Positions 61,107-64,000 of a stretch of 64,000 bases of DNA are shown here, in pieces. The stretch spans positions 434,001 through 498,000 of the forward strand of contig OZ287071.1 of the NCBI GenBank assembly GCA_965645245.1, given 5' to 3'. Every line of letters starts with the position of its first letter. Position 1 is the first letter of the stretch. The notes below the pieces were generated by a model. That model was given only the letters and a program-made list of their open reading frames with translations, made no database searches and was not told the origin of the DNA. Source of the stretch: Massalongia carnosa (Eukaryota). The translations under genes were made by a program, and so were the position numbers.

Positions 61107-64000
61107 TCACGTCTATGATTACCTCTGCTAGCCATGGTGCAGTGATTGTTGTCAGCACTGGCTCATAGTGCACCATCTTCGTAAGCTGGTCGACGATAAC
61201 CAGGATCGAATCGTAACTGTCGCGCTTCCAATCCGCAGATTCAGGCAACCCCGTCACGAAATCCATAGACAAGTCTTTACAGCGATGAGTTGGCACTGGC
61301 AGTGACTGGAGGTCTCCGCAAGGCTTGTGTCTGACCGCTTTAGAAGATAAGCAGACGTCGCAACCCTTGACATAGCTCTCGAAATCGCGGCGGAAAGTCT
61401 CCCAGAAGTACTTTCTCGCAATGAGTTCTCGCGTCTTTTCGATGCCGAAGTGTCCTGCTAATGGATCATCATGATGCCTACTAATTAGTTCAGTTCTGAG
61501 GATCTCAGGGACATAAGGCAGGCTTTGATAATGCAAAATCCCCTCGGTGTCTTCCCAGCCATCTTTTCCAAGCTTCTCTGCTCTGACCAGCTGAGCTTGG
61601 GTATCTTCCTCCTGCAAATCCTGCAACCTCAACCTCATGCCACCAATGCTGACTTTGTAAGGACCTTCAGAGGTCATTCTTGGCGGAGCGTATCCCAAAA
61701 CTGACGTAGTTGAGGGAAGACGTGCGTTCCGCAGATGATGACGTGGTGTGGTGGGGTGAGATTCTGAGTACTAGTGATACTAGAGATGCTGGCGCTGGTC
61801 AGCGAGGACTGCAATCGGTGAAGGATTCGAGTATTCTCAGCTCGAAGCACTTCCTCTTCGCCTTGGCTCCTCTGAGGATAGCGAGATAAAGCAGCGGCGG
61901 CTCCATTAGCCTTGCCTTGACGATAATCGATGCGGAAATTGTAACGAGAGAGTTCTTGCGCCCAGCGAACCTGGCGTGGGCTTAAACTCTTCGTATCCAT
62001 AAATCGCCGCAGGTTGTTGTGGTCTGTAAGCACGAGGACTTCATGCTTATGACCTTCGAGATAATGCCTCCAATTCTTAAAGGCTTCAACGATGGCCAGT
62101 AGTCCCCATCGTGAGTTTCGTAATGAGTTTCTGCAGGAATCATTTTCCGAGAAAAATACGCTACTGGGTGCCATTGGCCGGTTTCGATATCCAGCTGGCT
62201 AAGAACGCCACCTATGGCGTAACCCGAGGCGCCCGTCTCAAGTCGAATGTGGCGCTCAGGGTCAAAATGTCGGAGGATCGGTGCTTCAGTGAACGCCTGC
62301 TTTAATTAGGCAAAGGCTAACTTAGCGGCAGGAGTGAGGAAACAAGATTCTTCCTCTCCGCGCCTTGCCTTTGGGGATGGCCCAGTGTTGGCTACCAAGT
62401 TTGTTTTGAGCATCGAGGTGAGTGGAGCAGCAATCATGCTGAACCCCCGGATGAACCGCCGGTAGAAGTTGGCGAATCCCATAAATACCTGGACGTCTCG
62501 TACTGACTTGGGTTCTGGCCAGTTCTTGACAGCTTCAATCCTTTCCTCTTCCATACGAATTCCTTGGCCCGAGACAACGTAGCCTAGGAAGCGAACCTTA
62601 TCCTGATGAAAACGGCACTTCTTTAGGTTGGCAAAAAGTCCGTTTTTTCGGAGGTTCTCCAAGACCCACTTAACAGTCTCAACGTGGCCTTGGCCTGAGT
62701 CCTCGGTATAGATCAGGATGTCATCCAAGTATACGATGACGAAGATGTCGAGTTTCTCTGCTAGAATTTTGTTGATATAGCCCTGGAAACTAGCTGGGGC
62801 ATTGGAAAGGCCGAAGGGCATAACTTGATACTCAAAATGGCCATATCGAGTCCTGAAGGCCGTCTTCTATTCGTCACCTTCTCGAATTCGCATCCGACGA
62901 TACGCGTTCGTGAGATCCAGATGGGTAAATCGCTTGGCACGGCCTAGTCGATCAAGCGACTCTCCAATCAAGGGTAACGGGTACCGATTCTTGATCGTCA
63001 GGGTATTGAGTCCTCGATAATCCACACACAGGCGGAGACTACCGTCCTTCTTGCGGATGAACAGTATCGGAGCACCAGCCGGAGACTGGGAAGGCCTAAT
63101 AAAACCGCTGGCTAGGTTGGTTTCAATATAGGTTTTCAGTGTCTCTAGTTCCACAGGACCTAGGCTGTAGATTGGGCCATAAGGTGGCTGCTTACCATCT
63201 ACTAGGTCGATAGGATGGTCGTTAATGCCGGTGTGCTCCGGTAGCTCTACTGCGGAGTCAGGGGAGAAGACGTCAGAGAAGTCGGAATATTCAACGGGGA
63301 TCTTGGCCTCCTCGCTCACTAGCGAGGCTACTTGGGCCTGACGAGAGGCGTGGATCGGCATGGACGATGGCTTGCTTACGGCCATTACATGCACCACATA
63401 TGCCTCGTCGTCTCCTCCAAGGACCGCCGCCGCGAATTCTTCCTTATCGATGATCTCCACACGTCTGGTTGTTGGTAAAGCCTCGACAGCTGTGTAGGTT
63501 CTCCAGGCGAGCTCTCGCTCTACGAACCGTATATCCACACTGCTGAGTGTAAGAAAAGGCATTCCCAGGACCACCTCCAGGCTAATATCAGCCAACAAGA
63601 AGGTTTCCTGGAAGAATCGAACCTTCCCTAGCTTGTCCTTGACCGCGAACCCTGCGATAACCATACCGAAGGTATCCAGGTGAGATCCATCAATCTTTTG
63701 CGCCCCAGCATCTGTTTCCCTAACACGAAGCCCTAGTTTCGCGGCATAAGCGGGGTGCATTGCGTTGACCTCGCTGCCCGAATCTATCAAAGCCTGTATC
63801 TCGTCTTGATCCTTCCTCAAACGGACCGGATATCTAATACAAGGAACCCGCTCAAGATTAGCCTCCTTACTAGTTTCAGTCAGAGGCGCGGAGGTTGCCA
63901 AGACCGATACTAGTTTTTTGAGGCGTCCTTCTTGGACTCCCGACAAGTACTTGAGTAGTGTCCCTTCTTGTTGCAGTTGAAGCAGGTGATTTGGGACAAG
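61107..64000 (-). mobile_element. Defective Ty3/gypsy LTR retrotransposon (gag end, PR, RT, RH, truncated IN); runs off the window
   Basis: Gag knuckle CFNCNKKGHYSSTC, protease LIDSGS, RT YLDD, RNase H TDHNNL, integrase H-H-C-C and SMDFVTGLP in gypsy order; premature stops at 62867 and 62306 and frameshifts. Confidence 0.96.

Overview
Filamentous ascomycete (Pezizomycotina) nuclear DNA with short GT-AG introns; a lichen-forming lineage is plausible but cannot be established from this window. A housekeeping core (MEF1, NMT1, ABHD12-like hydrolase, SWC3, MEMO1, ADP1, mS26-like, NOG2, RTC5, bL36m, RCF1, ILV1, NPT1, SSO syntaxin, SYM1, eIF4E, SRS2-like helicase) is accompanied by two transposon nests. 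The left nest (4.06-7.1 kb) holds an intact DD38E Tc1/mariner element next to a decayed DD37E relative that carries two solo LTRs. The right nest (57.9-64 kb) holds solo LTRs, a RecQ-like relic, a Tc1 fragment, a 2OG-Fe(II) oxygenase pseudogene and a broken Ty3/gypsy element. The most unusual feature is a minus-strand tRNA-Arg(UCU) gene (20893-21013) split in its D-stem (position 24/25) by a 49-nt intron with spliceosomal signals (GTAAGT...CTGAT...TAG) instead of a canonical 37/38 tRNA intron. The large NOG2 intron contains an snR191-like H/ACA snoRNA. Exon boundaries were read by eye and no database searches were run.
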